Below are positions 19,001-27,459 of a stretch of 50,608 nucleotides of DNA, piece after piece. Position 1 is the first letter of the stretch, and each line of letters opens with the position of its first letter. This DNA is from an uncultured Bacteriovoracaceae bacterium (GTDB taxonomy: Bacteria; Desulfobacterota; Desulfomonilia; UBA1062), in contig CAYRCP010000002.1 of NCBI GenBank assembly GCA_964422755.1, positions 1 to 50,608 of the forward strand, given 5' to 3'. Below the pieces are notes generated by a model. The model was not told where the DNA came from and did no database searches. It saw only the letters and a program-made list of their open reading frames with translations. The position numbers and the translations under genes were made by a program.

Positions 19001-19550
19001 CTTCAACACTGAGGATTATCTCGGGATAGTGTGTTGTCTTTTGCAGGACTGTATCATCAAAGAGCTCGATATATGGCCTCAGAGCCGGGTTCTTGTTGGC
19101 AATATACACCATGAGCATCTCTTCAAGCGTTATATGTACATTGGGCACGCCCTGTGTCTTGGTCTCCATGTAGTGTTCAATGGTAATCCTGCCTTTATAG
19201 GCATCAATGGGAGGGAATACCTCGGCAAATACCCCAAGCGTTTCGTCCGAACCCATTACACCGGCCTTACAATGGTGATAGGCCTCTGAGATTGCGTGCG
19301 GGTTAACATTGTTTCTGTAGAGCTCAACCATGTAGTGGAGAATCTCATCGATGAGCCCCATGGCATTGATCTCGCTTGCCTTCACCGCCCGATCCGGGTG
19401 TTTCACTGCATCACGGACCGTGTTCATTCTCTCGGCAAACCTCCGTGCAGCAGCGAAGTCGGCAAATATCACGTTCCCTGATGTAGAAAACAGGAGTTCG
19501 TCAAAAGCATATGTGTCCCGTGCCTGTCTCGATATGTGAAATTCAAACAT
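16092..19550 (-). CDS. Large (1152 aa) GH13 alpha-amylase-family protein with long N- and C-terminal extensions
   Basis: GH13 conserved regions DMVPNHMG (I), IIRFDAAMTL (II), LLLAEAFW (III) and FVNFMNNPDE (IV) lie in the central third. Confidence 0.85.
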   Translation of the reverse strand: MFEFHISRQARDTYAFDELLFSTSGNVIFADFAAARRFAERMNTVRDAVKHPDRAVKASEINAMGLIDEILHYMVELYRNNVNPHAISEAYHHCKAGVMGSDETLGVFAEVFPPIDAYKGRITIEHYMETKTQGVPNVHITLEEMLMVYIANKNPALRPYIELFDDTVLQKTTHYPEIILSVEEYFSSQPGFGPYNQSLIDLLLAPARAAPDSLSAQLEYIRTHWGRLISELLIRILGGMDFIKEEQKVRHAGPGPALVPRFGPVELEEIERFSPDEDWMPRLVLIAKSVYVWLHQLGKKYGREISRLDDIPDQELESLARWGFTGLWLIGIWERSPASRKIKQMTGNPQAAASAYSIYDYVIAHDLGGKESFENLKARARGYGIRIGTDMVPNHMGINSKWVIEHPERFVQVDSSPFPAYRFSSENLSGDDRVEIRIEDGYWNQQDAAVVFQRVDRFTGEVKYIYHGNDGTSMPWNDTAQLDFLKPEVREAVIRTTIEIAKDFPIIRFDAAMTLAKRHFQRLWYPLPGYGGDIPSRSEHSVSQEAFDGLFTVEFWRELVDRVAVEAPNTLLLAEAFWLMEGYFVRSLGMHRVYNSAFMNMLKSEENSKYRDVIKNVLRFNPEILRRFVNFMNNPDEEPAIEQFGKQDKYFGVATMMVTMPGLPMFGHGQIEGFAEKYGMEYTQAYWDESVDQELVRRHEREIFPLLKKRHLFSGVENFVFYDVVRDDGGVNEDVFAYSNVSGDEKALILYNNRYGDATGWVRRSVAMSEESGGKRHIVHKSLGESLRLADDDSLYYLYEDSLSNLEFIRQGHALCKEGLHIHLGAYKLNVLTNFREMRDYDGKVQRLCEKLGGHGVPDVMAALQELYLEKILDPFSELLSADLLSRTLNDGRAQGTVPEAFGTRATHFLMEAREYEQIEKDERLADKAIHDYVEALVRLDELGELSAGKSIPAVKYLFSRVPQDVPADFFWWRIPLVWSIVSRLGCLFVKEQVSLKSRAIMDEWMLGRVVSRFFMTLGLDENAAGYDVLLIDVLTMYQDWDDDVRGQGEGPFMRKMLADNDVRSYLGANEYDGMWWYNKESMEDLLYWLYVISAIKLISLSRKDDPALIEQLKSRYEAISGIIQRSTESHYCIEELLGLIDKKTSEKMVSS

Positions 19551-19719
19551 GTATTCCTACTCTCATTTTTCTTTTGGTATTGAGCCGGTCGCTCCGATAA
19601 GCCGGGGTATTGACAAGATGCACTATCATCCTCTGGAAACTATAATTTTCTGCTCAAGCCGTGACAAATCTAGGGAAAACATTTGGTGCAGTCAAGATAA
19701 AACCTCGGCAATGAAGAGA

Positions 19720-19800
19720 GGCAAGCCCACACGGGCTTACACTCCCACACTGCAGCCCCGCAGAAACCAGCGGAAACTCCGAAGAACTGTGGGACAAAAG
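19720..19800. repeat. Family-2 degenerate intergenic repeat, partial copy
   Basis: CAGCCCCGCAGAAACCAGCGGAAACTCCGAAGAAC matches ACCCCCCGAAAAAACCAGCGGGAACCTCG (33925-33953) and GGCCCCGCAAAAAAACGGGGGAATCTTCG (38543-38571). Confidence 0.5.
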
Positions 19801-19914
19801 AGAATCCGGAATCCAGAAGTCAGATTCCAGAATATAATCTTAGGACTTTTAACCAAGTAGCTTTTGCAAGCAGATCTCTTTTTCATACTTCATTGTTGTC
19901 AACTGGCCGTGTCG

Positions 19915-20057
19915 GTTAGACTGTTAGGCTGTTAGTAAAGGACAGATAAAAGACGGGACATAGAAAGCCGGAATTTGGCAATGATCAGAGACCTAACAGT
20001 CTTCAGCCTAAACACCTACAGTCTAAAAGCGCCCCAAAAGCATTTCTTTCAGGGCAC
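19915..20057. repeat. Family-1 intergenic palindromic repeat, copy C (inverted orientation)
   Basis: The reverse complement reads GTGCCCTGAAAGAAATGCTTTTGGGGCGC...TAGGCTGAAGACTGTTAGG...CATTGCCAAATTCC...TTTACTAACAGCCTAACAGTCTAACC, collinear with copy B. Confidence 0.8.
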
Positions 20058-20096
20058 CTCTCCACCTGATTTTTTACCGTAAGCACGCCTGCTTCG

Positions 20097-20609
20097 TTAT
20101 CCCTGTCCGTCGTTGCGGGAATAAGGTTTGAATGTTATCCCTATTTCCTTGTGATAGCGATGGATGTAGCCGGTAATCACAAGAGTAAAGGGCAGAAGAA
20201 GCACGGCAGGGGTATATGGTGGCGCATAGGCACTCAGAAAACCTTCTCTGGAATTAAACCAGTTATCCGGCTCCGGACTCGGGATGGAGCCGGCAATCAT
20301 GGAGAAGATATCCGTCCCTGCCAATACCCATATGAGTACGCTTGCTAAAACCACCTTTGCAAACTGATGTATCTCATTCGCGTCCTTGATCCCGGAGAGA
20401 TAAAAGATGCCCGCAAAAACCATAATGAGGCCGCCCCAGCCACCCCGGAACCCCCCCTGAGGGATTTCGAGTATCCCACAGGAATATGCAGACGATGAAA
20501 CCGTTACGATAAGATCCACTATGCCGGCGCTAAGCGCCGCGATACCCAGGACACTGAAGTAGATCATATACACCATGCTCTTGTTTTCAAATACATATTG
20601 ATAAGACAT
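20097..20609 (-). CDS. Hypothetical 4-TM membrane protein, translationally coupled to feoB
   Basis: Its ATG lies 1 nt after the feoB stop. Four hydrophobic segments are present. No family is recognised. Confidence 0.6.
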   Translation of the reverse strand: MSYQYVFENKSMVYMIYFSVLGIAALSAGIVDLIVTVSSSAYSCGILEIPQGGFRGGWGGLIMVFAGIFYLSGIKDANEIHQFAKVVLASVLIWVLAGTDIFSMIAGSIPSPEPDNWFNSREGFLSAYAPPYTPAVLLLPFTLVITGYIHRYHKEIGITFKPYSRNDGQG

Positions 20610-20610
20610 G

Positions 20611-22452
20611 CTACATAACCCCCATCAGTTTCCAAATCAGGTGGAGCAGACCGCCATAGGCGAACACCACGGCCATCAATGCAATGACCGATCCGATGAA
20701 TGCCCTGCCGCCTTCTTTGAGCATCATGATAAACGTGGCAACGCAGGGGAAATAAATGGTGACAAGCACAACCGAGGAGATCATCTGATACGGGCTCATC
20801 TCAATGGCGCCCAGCTGCGCAATGGCGAGATCCTTCCGGAGAAATGCCGCAACCAGGGGACCTGCTGTTTCTCTCGGCACACCAAACCATCCTTCGAATA
20901 CCGGTGCCAGGGATGAGGCCAGAAAATCTATGGCTCCTATGACATAGAGAATATTCACCAGGATGATGCCTATCATGACGAAAGGAATCCCCTCTTTCAG
21001 AAATCCGGTTGTCCGCATTACCACTTTTCGCGTGATGTTTGCCGGAATGGGCCTCTGGTATGGAGGGATATCCATCAGGATTTCAGGCGTTTTACCGGGA
21101 ATGATCTTGTTGAGAACAAAGCCGAAAACAAAGTACCCCACAAACAGATAGGCCATGATAAAGCCGAGATAATCGGGCACGACCTCCTGCATGATGCCGA
21201 TTTGGGCGCTGCAGGGGATAAACACGGCCAGAAGCGTCATCATCATGAAGCGCTGCTTGCTCGTTTCCAGAATGCGTGTCGCCTCCACACCGGGTACATT
21301 GCATCCAAGGCTGAGTATGGAGGGCACGATGGCATATCCATGAAGACCTATCTTGTGAAAAAATGTATCCATCAGCACTGCCAGCCGGGCCATATACCCG
21401 ATATCCTCAAGCAGGGCCAGCATGACGTAGAAGATAAATATGGCGGGCAATACAATACCAAGCGGGAGAAATAATCCTGAGGTGAGAACACCAAATGACT
21501 CCAGGCAGCTCTCGGATGGCATGAGAGTGCCGTCAACCATTTGACCGGCATCTACCATCAATGCGTAGAACCAGTTCCCCAGGCCTCCGGGGAAGTGCTG
21601 CTGAAGAAGGGGGAGCCAGTATCCGTCGAATATCTTGGTCATAAATCCATCGGTAAAAAACCCTGCAAACGTGGTGAATACGCTCCAGAATGCATAGAGC
21701 ATGGCGATAGCAAACGGGATGCCTGTTGCCGGTTTCACGGTATAATCACCCAGTGCGTCTTTCAGGGTGTGCAGAAAATGCCCGAATGATATCGTCATTG
21801 ACGATATCTCTTCGACAAGGTCCCATCTTTCATCCGGGCTGAGCGTGACAGCCGGGGGGTCCTCCTTGGCGCAGGATCTCAGGGTGCATCCCATACACCC
21901 TGAAGGGCATGATGAATCGAACATGCTGCGCGAATATTTCAACCTGTTCACAAGATCGGAGAGAGAACCGGGTTTCACGTCCTGGAGTTTTTGAACGAGT
22001 CCGGAGAGACCTTCAGCACTGACGGCAACTGTGGGAACCACGGGAATGCCCAGGATCGTCTCGAGTTTCTTTTCATCAATGATGATATTCTTGTCCTGGG
22101 CCACATCCCACATATTGAGCGAGACAACGATGGGCAACCCCTGTTCGAGCAACTCCAGTACCAGATAGAGCCCTCGCTCGATCTTTGCTGCATCTATCAC
22201 GCAGATGATACGGGCATCGGGGTTGTCCCGCAGCATTTTTACCGCTACCTCTTCCGCCTTGTCTTTCGGTTCAAGGGAAAAGGTCCCGGGCACATCGATC
22301 AATTCTATATCCCGACCGAACTGACGCATATACCCTTTGGAATAATCGACTGTTGTACCGGGGTAATTTGATGATATTACGTTCGCACCCGTCAACCGGT
22401 TGAAGATAACGCTCTTGCCCACATTTGGATGGCCGATAAGAAGAACCTTCAT
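20611..22452 (-). CDS. feoB: Ferrous iron transporter FeoB
   Basis: N-terminal G domain GHPNVGKS (G1) and DVPG (G3), followed by a polytopic permease domain. Confidence 0.95.
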   Translation of the reverse strand: MKVLLIGHPNVGKSVIFNRLTGANVISSNYPGTTVDYSKGYMRQFGRDIELIDVPGTFSLEPKDKAEEVAVKMLRDNPDARIICVIDAAKIERGLYLVLELLEQGLPIVVSLNMWDVAQDKNIIIDEKKLETILGIPVVPTVAVSAEGLSGLVQKLQDVKPGSLSDLVNRLKYSRSMFDSSCPSGCMGCTLRSCAKEDPPAVTLSPDERWDLVEEISSMTISFGHFLHTLKDALGDYTVKPATGIPFAIAMLYAFWSVFTTFAGFFTDGFMTKIFDGYWLPLLQQHFPGGLGNWFYALMVDAGQMVDGTLMPSESCLESFGVLTSGLFLPLGIVLPAIFIFYVMLALLEDIGYMARLAVLMDTFFHKIGLHGYAIVPSILSLGCNVPGVEATRILETSKQRFMMMTLLAVFIPCSAQIGIMQEVVPDYLGFIMAYLFVGYFVFGFVLNKIIPGKTPEILMDIPPYQRPIPANITRKVVMRTTGFLKEGIPFVMIGIILVNILYVIGAIDFLASSLAPVFEGWFGVPRETAGPLVAAFLRKDLAIAQLGAIEMSPYQMISSVVLVTIYFPCVATFIMMLKEGGRAFIGSVIALMAVVFAYGGLLHLIWKLMGVM

Positions 22453-22682
22453 CCCGGCAATTCCATAATTACCTTGTCGGCAATGCCGATACCAAGGGAG
22501 ATATAGGCCTGATCTATGAGCAGCACAACCGGACCTTTCAGGGGCTCTTTCGTGATCATCTTGATCTTTTTGCCCATCCTCAGACCCATGCCGGCCAGTT
22601 GCTTGCGCACTGCAGAATCTATGTCCACGACAACGCCTTCCTGATTGTAGAGCATCTCATTGAGTCTTTTCCGCATCATCAA
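22449..22682 (-). CDS. feoA: FeoA-family small protein (second copy)
   Basis: 77-aa protein with FeoA-like LAGMGLRMGKKIKM. It shares a 4-nt overlap with both neighbours. Confidence 0.8.
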   Translation of the reverse strand: MMMRKRLNEMLYNQEGVVVDIDSAVRKQLAGMGLRMGKKIKMITKEPLKGPVVLLIDQAYISLGIGIADKVIMELPG

Positions 22683-22921
22683 TCGTCCACGCTCATGACA
22701 CGGATTTTCGCAGCCATTCCTGCCCCCAGGGCGATCGTTGATCTGTTTATCTCAAGAAGAACCGGGCCCTGGCCGTTGGAAAGCACCTTCACAAATGATC
22801 CTTCTGAAATCCCTCTGAGGAAAAGTTTCTGTCTGAAGCCTTTCCCACCTTCTATGGCAACTATCCGTGCCAGCTGTCCCTCACGAAGATCACTCATCAT
22901 CATGATACCACCCCGATGCAA
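22679..22921 (-). CDS. feoA: FeoA-family small protein (first copy)
   Basis: 80-aa protein with LREGQLARIVAI...LFLRGISEGSFVKVL, typical of the FeoA SH3-like fold. Confidence 0.8.
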   Translation of the reverse strand: MHRGGIMMMSDLREGQLARIVAIEGGKGFRQKLFLRGISEGSFVKVLSNGQGPVLLEINRSTIALGAGMAAKIRVMSVDD

Positions 22922-22969
22922 ACATTATTTCTGACGTTGTTTTTTACCATTATCTGCAATGATCCCTTC

Positions 22970-23419
22970 TCATTCGTCCTGCACCATCTTCGCTGCACAT
23001 TTTCGACAGAGTCCCTGGACGCTCAGGCGATGCCCGCTTTCTAAAAATCCTTGTGAACTGCAGATCTCCTCGACTAACTCGTCGAGCCTGGCAGACCTGA
23101 ATTCAATAACCTCCTGACAATTCTCACAGATCATATGGTCATGACGCTTCGAGCCATAGATGCGTTCATAACTCACCCTTCCCTGCGAAAGCAGTGTTTC
23201 AGAGACAAAACCGGACGCCACAAGCAGAGGCAGAACACGATAGATCGTTGCCCTCGAGACCCTTCTGCTGTACTTTAAAGCCCTTTCGAACAGCTGATCC
23301 GCGTCGAAATGTCCATCGGAGAGGAGGACTTCCTTTAAGACAGCCATTCTCTCCGGCGTGATCTTGAGATTGTTCTCTTTCAAATATGCACTGAATTTCT
23401 TCTCTTCTTCTTTCATCAT
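22970..23419 (-). CDS. fur: Fur-family metalloregulator
   Basis: Winged-helix segment KITPERMAVLKEVLL...ATIYRVL, and metal sites RHDHMICENCQEVIEF and LCRKC. Confidence 0.9.
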   Translation of the reverse strand: MMKEEEKKFSAYLKENNLKITPERMAVLKEVLLSDGHFDADQLFERALKYSRRVSRATIYRVLPLLVASGFVSETLLSQGRVSYERIYGSKRHDHMICENCQEVIEFRSARLDELVEEICSSQGFLESGHRLSVQGLCRKCAAKMVQDE

Positions 23420-23436
23420 ATGCAGACCCTTTTAAT

Positions 23437-23451
23437 TGAGATTGAATCTCA
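23437..23451 (-). promoter_or_regulatory. Candidate Fur-type 7-1-7 operator upstream of fur-feo
   Basis: The perfect palindrome TGAGATT-G-AATCTCA lies 18-32 nt upstream of the fur ATG. Each half matches the 7-1-7 Fur half-site TGATAAT at 5/7 positions. Confidence 0.5.
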
Positions 23452-23557
23452 TTCGCAATTTCCTATCAGGTCTCCATCTGTGGGTCAAGCACTTTTATTG
23501 ATCTGTTTTTGCACAATTATTTCAAGTGGTTGTCTGATTAGACTGCAGCATGGCTTT

Positions 23558-23588
23558 ATCGACTGCCTGGTCTCACCAGGCAGTCGAT
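23558..23588. other. Perfect 13-bp stem-loop between mrp and fur
   Basis: ATCGACTGCCTGG-TCTCA-CCAGGCAGTCGAT, located 32 nt downstream of the mrp stop. The U-tract on the minus strand is weak or absent. Confidence 0.6.
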
Positions 23589-23619
23589 ATATTCTATAGA
23601 GGTTCGCATATCTTAGGAG

Positions 23620-24480
23620 TTATAAGCTCTTGAGTATGTTGTCCACTATCTTATTGAAAGCAATATTTTCTGCAGCGCTGTCATCACCGGCAACAAAGGG
23701 TTTGCCGTCATCGGTTCCCTGTACGATCTTCGGCGCTATGGGGATTGCCCCCAGGAACGGAACATCGAGTTCCTGTGCAGCCTTGGCTCCGCCGCCCACC
23801 TTGAACAGATCTATAGCCTCTCCGCAATGAGGACAGGCAAAACCGCTCATGTTCTCCACAATGCCCAGGGTCTTGAGTTCGATAACCCGGGCAAATTCCA
23901 CACTTTTGCGAGAATCCAACAAGGCCACGTCCTGAGGTGTGGTCACGATAATCGCGCTGGGAGAACTGATTCCTTTAGTATTCTTGATAAGCTGTGCAAT
24001 GGACAGAGGCTCATCGCCGGTACCCGGGGGCAGGTCTACCACCAGAAAATCGATCTCTCCCCAATTCACATCGCGTAAAAACTGCTTCATGACGGTATGC
24101 TTCATCGGGCCACGCCAGATCACCGGGGTGTCTTTACTGTCCAGGAGATATCCCACAGATATTACCACGAGGTTCTCAAACGCCTGAACAGGCACGATAT
24201 TCCCCTCCCCATCAGCCTTCAGCTTGTTGTCCTCCACACCGAGGACCTTGGGCATGTCGGGTCCGTGAATATCACCATCTAAAACACCGACCTTGTATCC
24301 CTTGTTTGCAAGGCACAGGGCAAGATTCGCTGTTACCGTGGATTTTCCGACCCCTCCCTTGCCGCTCATAACCATAATGGTATTTTTTATTGCGGAAAGC
24401 CTCATCTCGAGTTTCTGTTCCAGTTTCTTTTCCTTATCTTCAGGAGTGCTTTCCTGTATCTGGGTAAAATTGTCTGCCAT
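23620..24480 (-). CDS. mrp: Mrp/NBP35/ApbC-family Fe-S cluster carrier ATPase
   Basis: Deviant Walker [11 protein letters not shown] and CxxC in GFACPHCG. The start is set at MADNF (AAGGAAG SD) rather than the outermost Met at 24495. Confidence 0.9.
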   Translation of the reverse strand: MADNFTQIQESTPEDKEKKLEQKLEMRLSAIKNTIMVMSGKGGVGKSTVTANLALCLANKGYKVGVLDGDIHGPDMPKVLGVEDNKLKADGEGNIVPVQAFENLVVISVGYLLDSKDTPVIWRGPMKHTVMKQFLRDVNWGEIDFLVVDLPPGTGDEPLSIAQLIKNTKGISSPSAIIVTTPQDVALLDSRKSVEFARVIELKTLGIVENMSGFACPHCGEAIDLFKVGGGAKAAQELDVPFLGAIPIAPKIVQGTDDGKPFVAGDDSAAENIAFNKIVDNILKSL

Positions 24481-24706
24481 ATATCTTCCTTTCATGTATC
24501 AGTGTTAAAAGAGGCCTAGCATATATCATTTTTCAATACAACCGGACAGACGTGTATAGGGTATATCCGGCAGGACAGAACAATGATCTCATCTCACCAA
24601 TATCTCCTAACCTATTGGAAATATGTTTTTTTCATAAGATTTACCAGTGAGCGATACGAAATCTAACGTTCCGGGACACCCTGGTCGAAACAGTACATCT
24701 TCAAAC

Positions 24707-26287
24707 CTAGTGCCTGTCCGGGGTATTCACCGATACACTGCGCGCAACGGGCCGTATCCTGCCCATTGCCCGGTAAGCGTAACCCCTCACATACCAGGAG
24801 GGGTCCGTACGCAATACGGTCTCCAGGAGGAAAAGAGCCTCCATGGAACCGATCTTGCCGAGCGCCAGGCATGCCCGTGTCCTGACATTGAGCTGGGGAT
24901 CGTCAAGGGCATCTCCAAACAGGTTAACAAATGCTGCATTTTTTCGCTCGCCCGCCTCATAGAGTGCATTGAGCCTGATCCGCGCACTTGTGTCATGAGA
25001 AAATTTCACCAGTTCGCTGTCTTTGAATTCTTCGGGAAATGTCGTAAGGGCCAGATAGCGTTCCTTCTCCTCTTCGGCCAGGATATATTCATGAACCCTT
25101 TCCGGATGTTTGACGAGTTGGTTCTGCAGGACGGCGGTATGGAAAGATGAAATGAACATGGCCAGATATCCCAGAATTATCAACAGGGTTATGATGCGGC
25201 TCTTTTCAAACAGTCTTGACAGACCATATGCCAACCACAGCATGAACAGCACGGGAATAACGAGTAAAGGTCCGCTGTAGAAGAACAGCCCTATTCCTGT
25301 GCGCATTTTCTCATTGTCGTCATATGCACTGCTGAGTAATTTTATAATTCGGTTGCCCATATTTACCGGTTTGCCGTCATCTATCACGATAGACGCACAA
25401 TCAAGCCGGGCCAGGCTTACGGTGAGTGTCCTGCCCGTGATACTGCACGGATCATCAGATCGTATCCACAGGGTTCCGTGCGGCATGGGCCCGATCCTTT
25501 TTATATCGTCGGCCAGCGCAATGACCTTTTGTTCCTGTGCAACCACCGGTTTTATGACATGTGCGGCAAGATAGGTATGATCGTAGTAGAAATCGCTCAA
25601 AGACCGTGCAACAGGAATCTCCAGCATGGAATCGCGGATGATCCCAAAGGAGGCCGGGTTGAATGCCACAAGAGACAGAAACGGCAAGACTGCCATCCCG
25701 ACCATAATGATCCATCTCTTGTAATAAATCTTCTCCCCGCTGCTTTTTCGAATGATGTATGCCCATGGAATGAAGAAGAAAAAGGGGCAGAGAAAACCGA
25801 ACACCACAGAGACACCAGGCAATTCATCGCTGAAACTCAGATAGGTGAACAGGCAGCCGAGGAGGATGTATGTAATGGTATCAAGCCGGGAGAACCGCTT
25901 GTGTATCCAGGGAACCAGAGAGGTCGCCATGGCTATGAGTGCAAAGAGTACTCCGAGTGTACACCCGAAGAACAGGGCAGAGCTGAGCTGATGGATAAAA
26001 GAGGTGAGATACGTATCATCAGGCATAACCAGGGGCACCATGTCATAGGAGAGCATCAGCTGCATCTGAGAAGAGATCATCTGCGCGTGTTCTCGTACAA
26101 AAACGAGACCGAACAAGGTATACAAGAAAATACAGAAGAGTGTTCCGGTGAAAGAAGCCTTAAACCACTGCCCCGGGTCCCGGTGCCGACTTAAGGTAAA
26201 AAGGGCAGAGAACGAACTTCCACTCTCTGCCCCTGCATTGTTATTCTTTATCTGATTAGAGTAAGTTGTCTGAGTTATTGCTGTCAC
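24707..26287 (-). CDS. Polytopic (about 7 TM) membrane protein with a roughly 120-aa loop domain and C-terminal HEAT repeats
   Basis: Hydrophobic segments occur throughout. The C-terminus DDPQLNVRTRACLALGKIG...DPSWYVRGYAYRAMGRI is HEAT/PBS-lyase-like. The GTG start overlaps the upstream stop (GTGA). Confidence 0.65.
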   Translation of the reverse strand: MTAITQTTYSNQIKNNNAGAESGSSFSALFTLSRHRDPGQWFKASFTGTLFCIFLYTLFGLVFVREHAQMISSQMQLMLSYDMVPLVMPDDTYLTSFIHQLSSALFFGCTLGVLFALIAMATSLVPWIHKRFSRLDTITYILLGCLFTYLSFSDELPGVSVVFGFLCPFFFFIPWAYIIRKSSGEKIYYKRWIIMVGMAVLPFLSLVAFNPASFGIIRDSMLEIPVARSLSDFYYDHTYLAAHVIKPVVAQEQKVIALADDIKRIGPMPHGTLWIRSDDPCSITGRTLTVSLARLDCASIVIDDGKPVNMGNRIIKLLSSAYDDNEKMRTGIGLFFYSGPLLVIPVLFMLWLAYGLSRLFEKSRIITLLIILGYLAMFISSFHTAVLQNQLVKHPERVHEYILAEEEKERYLALTTFPEEFKDSELVKFSHDTSARIRLNALYEAGERKNAAFVNLFGDALDDPQLNVRTRACLALGKIGSMEALFLLETVLRTDPSWYVRGYAYRAMGRIRPVARSVSVNTPDRH

Positions 26288-26790
26288 CGCCCCGGGATTG
26301 AGGCATTTTCAAAGGATTTGTACTTGTTGAGCAACATCGTGATCTCCTGGGATGATTGTACGCTCTTTCTCCCCCGAACAGCCTCAACATCCGATCTTGA
26401 CATCCATACGTTTTTAAAATTCTTCTCATGCTTTGTGAAGGTGATAAAGTTTGAGAGTGCATCATCGCATACGTGGGTAAACCTTCGATTTTCAAGGCAT
26501 GCAACATCTCGCACCTTTTCTACAACGTCCTTATCCAGCCGCATCACATAGCGAATCCTCTTTTCCGACGTATCGGCACGAGGCCCGACATACCTTTTTT
26601 TTGCTCGAACCGGAATACCATCACTGTGTTCTATTTCTTTCTTGAAGATATAGGCAGATAGAGCAGCACCGACAAAATCCACCATTGCGATATTCAACAT
26701 ACGCGATATCACTCTGAGTTCATTTAAATTCTGGGGTTTGAAATACATCATAAATCGTGAAGAAACGGCATCGTTATTGTTTAAATTCAT
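26284..26790 (-). CDS. Hypothetical protein with two predicted ribbon-helix-helix units in one chain
   Basis: Strong SD GGAGGTG 7 nt upstream. FMMYFKPQNLNELRVISRMLNIAMVDFVGAALSAYI and IRYVMRLDKDVVEKVRDVACLENRRFTHVCDDALSNFI both fit the RHH pattern of strand, helix, turn, helix. Confidence 0.65.
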   Translation of the reverse strand: MNLNNNDAVSSRFMMYFKPQNLNELRVISRMLNIAMVDFVGAALSAYIFKKEIEHSDGIPVRAKKRYVGPRADTSEKRIRYVMRLDKDVVEKVRDVACLENRRFTHVCDDALSNFITFTKHEKNFKNVWMSRSDVEAVRGRKSVQSSQEITMLLNKYKSFENASIPGR

Positions 26791-26901
26791 AGATGCACCT
26801 CCAATGCGTTGTCAGTTGAGCTTGCTGCTCATGAATGAGAGAGGGAGAGCAATTGTGAGTACTCTTTTTGAAAAACTGCTGCCACATGGTATGTAAATAT
26901 A

Positions 26902-27459
26902 TCATACTTCCATGATTTCTTTTTCTTTTTCAGATAGCATACTATCTATTCGCTTTATATAATCATTGGTGATCTCTTGTACCTTGTCTTGAGAAGACTT
27001 CAACTCATCTTTATTGATTTCTTTATCCTTTTCCAGATCCTTGAGCAGAGAGTTTGCATCTCTGCGATGATTTCGAATTTCAATGCGAAAAACCTCGGCC
27101 GTCTTTTTGACCATCTTCACCAGGTCTTTGCGTCTTTCCTCGTTCAGGGGTGGAATGGGAACCCTGATGATCTTACCATCATTCGTCGGTGTCAGGCCGA
27201 GTTCCGATTTCATGATGGCCTTTTCTATGCTTGACAGTGCCCCTTTATCCCATGGCTGGATCGTGATAAGCCTTGGTTCGGGTACTGCCATGGTTGCAAG
27301 CTGATTCATGGGTGTCATGGTACCATAATAATCGACCATTATACCATCCATGATCCCGATAGATGCCCTTCCTGTCCTCACCTTTACCAGGGACTGTTTC
27401 ATGGAATCAATGGATTTGCTCATATCTCTTTTCATTTCTTCAATAAGATCATTTACCAT
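26902..27459 (-). CDS. frr: Ribosome recycling factor
   Basis: 185 aa with the typical ...VRTGRASIGIMDGIMVDYYG...ITIQPWD.... Its ATG shares 1 nt with the pyrH stop. Confidence 0.95.
   Translation of the reverse strand: MVNDLIEEMKRDMSKSIDSMKQSLVKVRTGRASIGIMDGIMVDYYGTMTPMNQLATMAVPEPRLITIQPWDKGALSSIEKAIMKSELGLTPTNDGKIIRVPIPPLNEERRKDLVKMVKKTAEVFRIEIRNHRRDANSLLKDLEKDKEINKDELKSSQDKVQEITNDYIKRIDSMLSEKEKEIMEV

Noticed and set aside
22948-22964. A Fur-box-like AT-rich hexamer string (CATTATCTGCAATGATC) between fur and feoA.
   Set aside because: It is only a loose match to GATAAT hexamers and is not a clean palindrome. The 23437-23451 palindrome is a much better operator candidate.
26869-26885. A sigma-54-like -24/-12 element (GTGGCAGCAGTTTTTCA on the minus strand) upstream of the RHH gene.
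   Set aside because: The -12 element reads TTTCA rather than TTGCA, so the near-invariant GC dinucleotide is missing.
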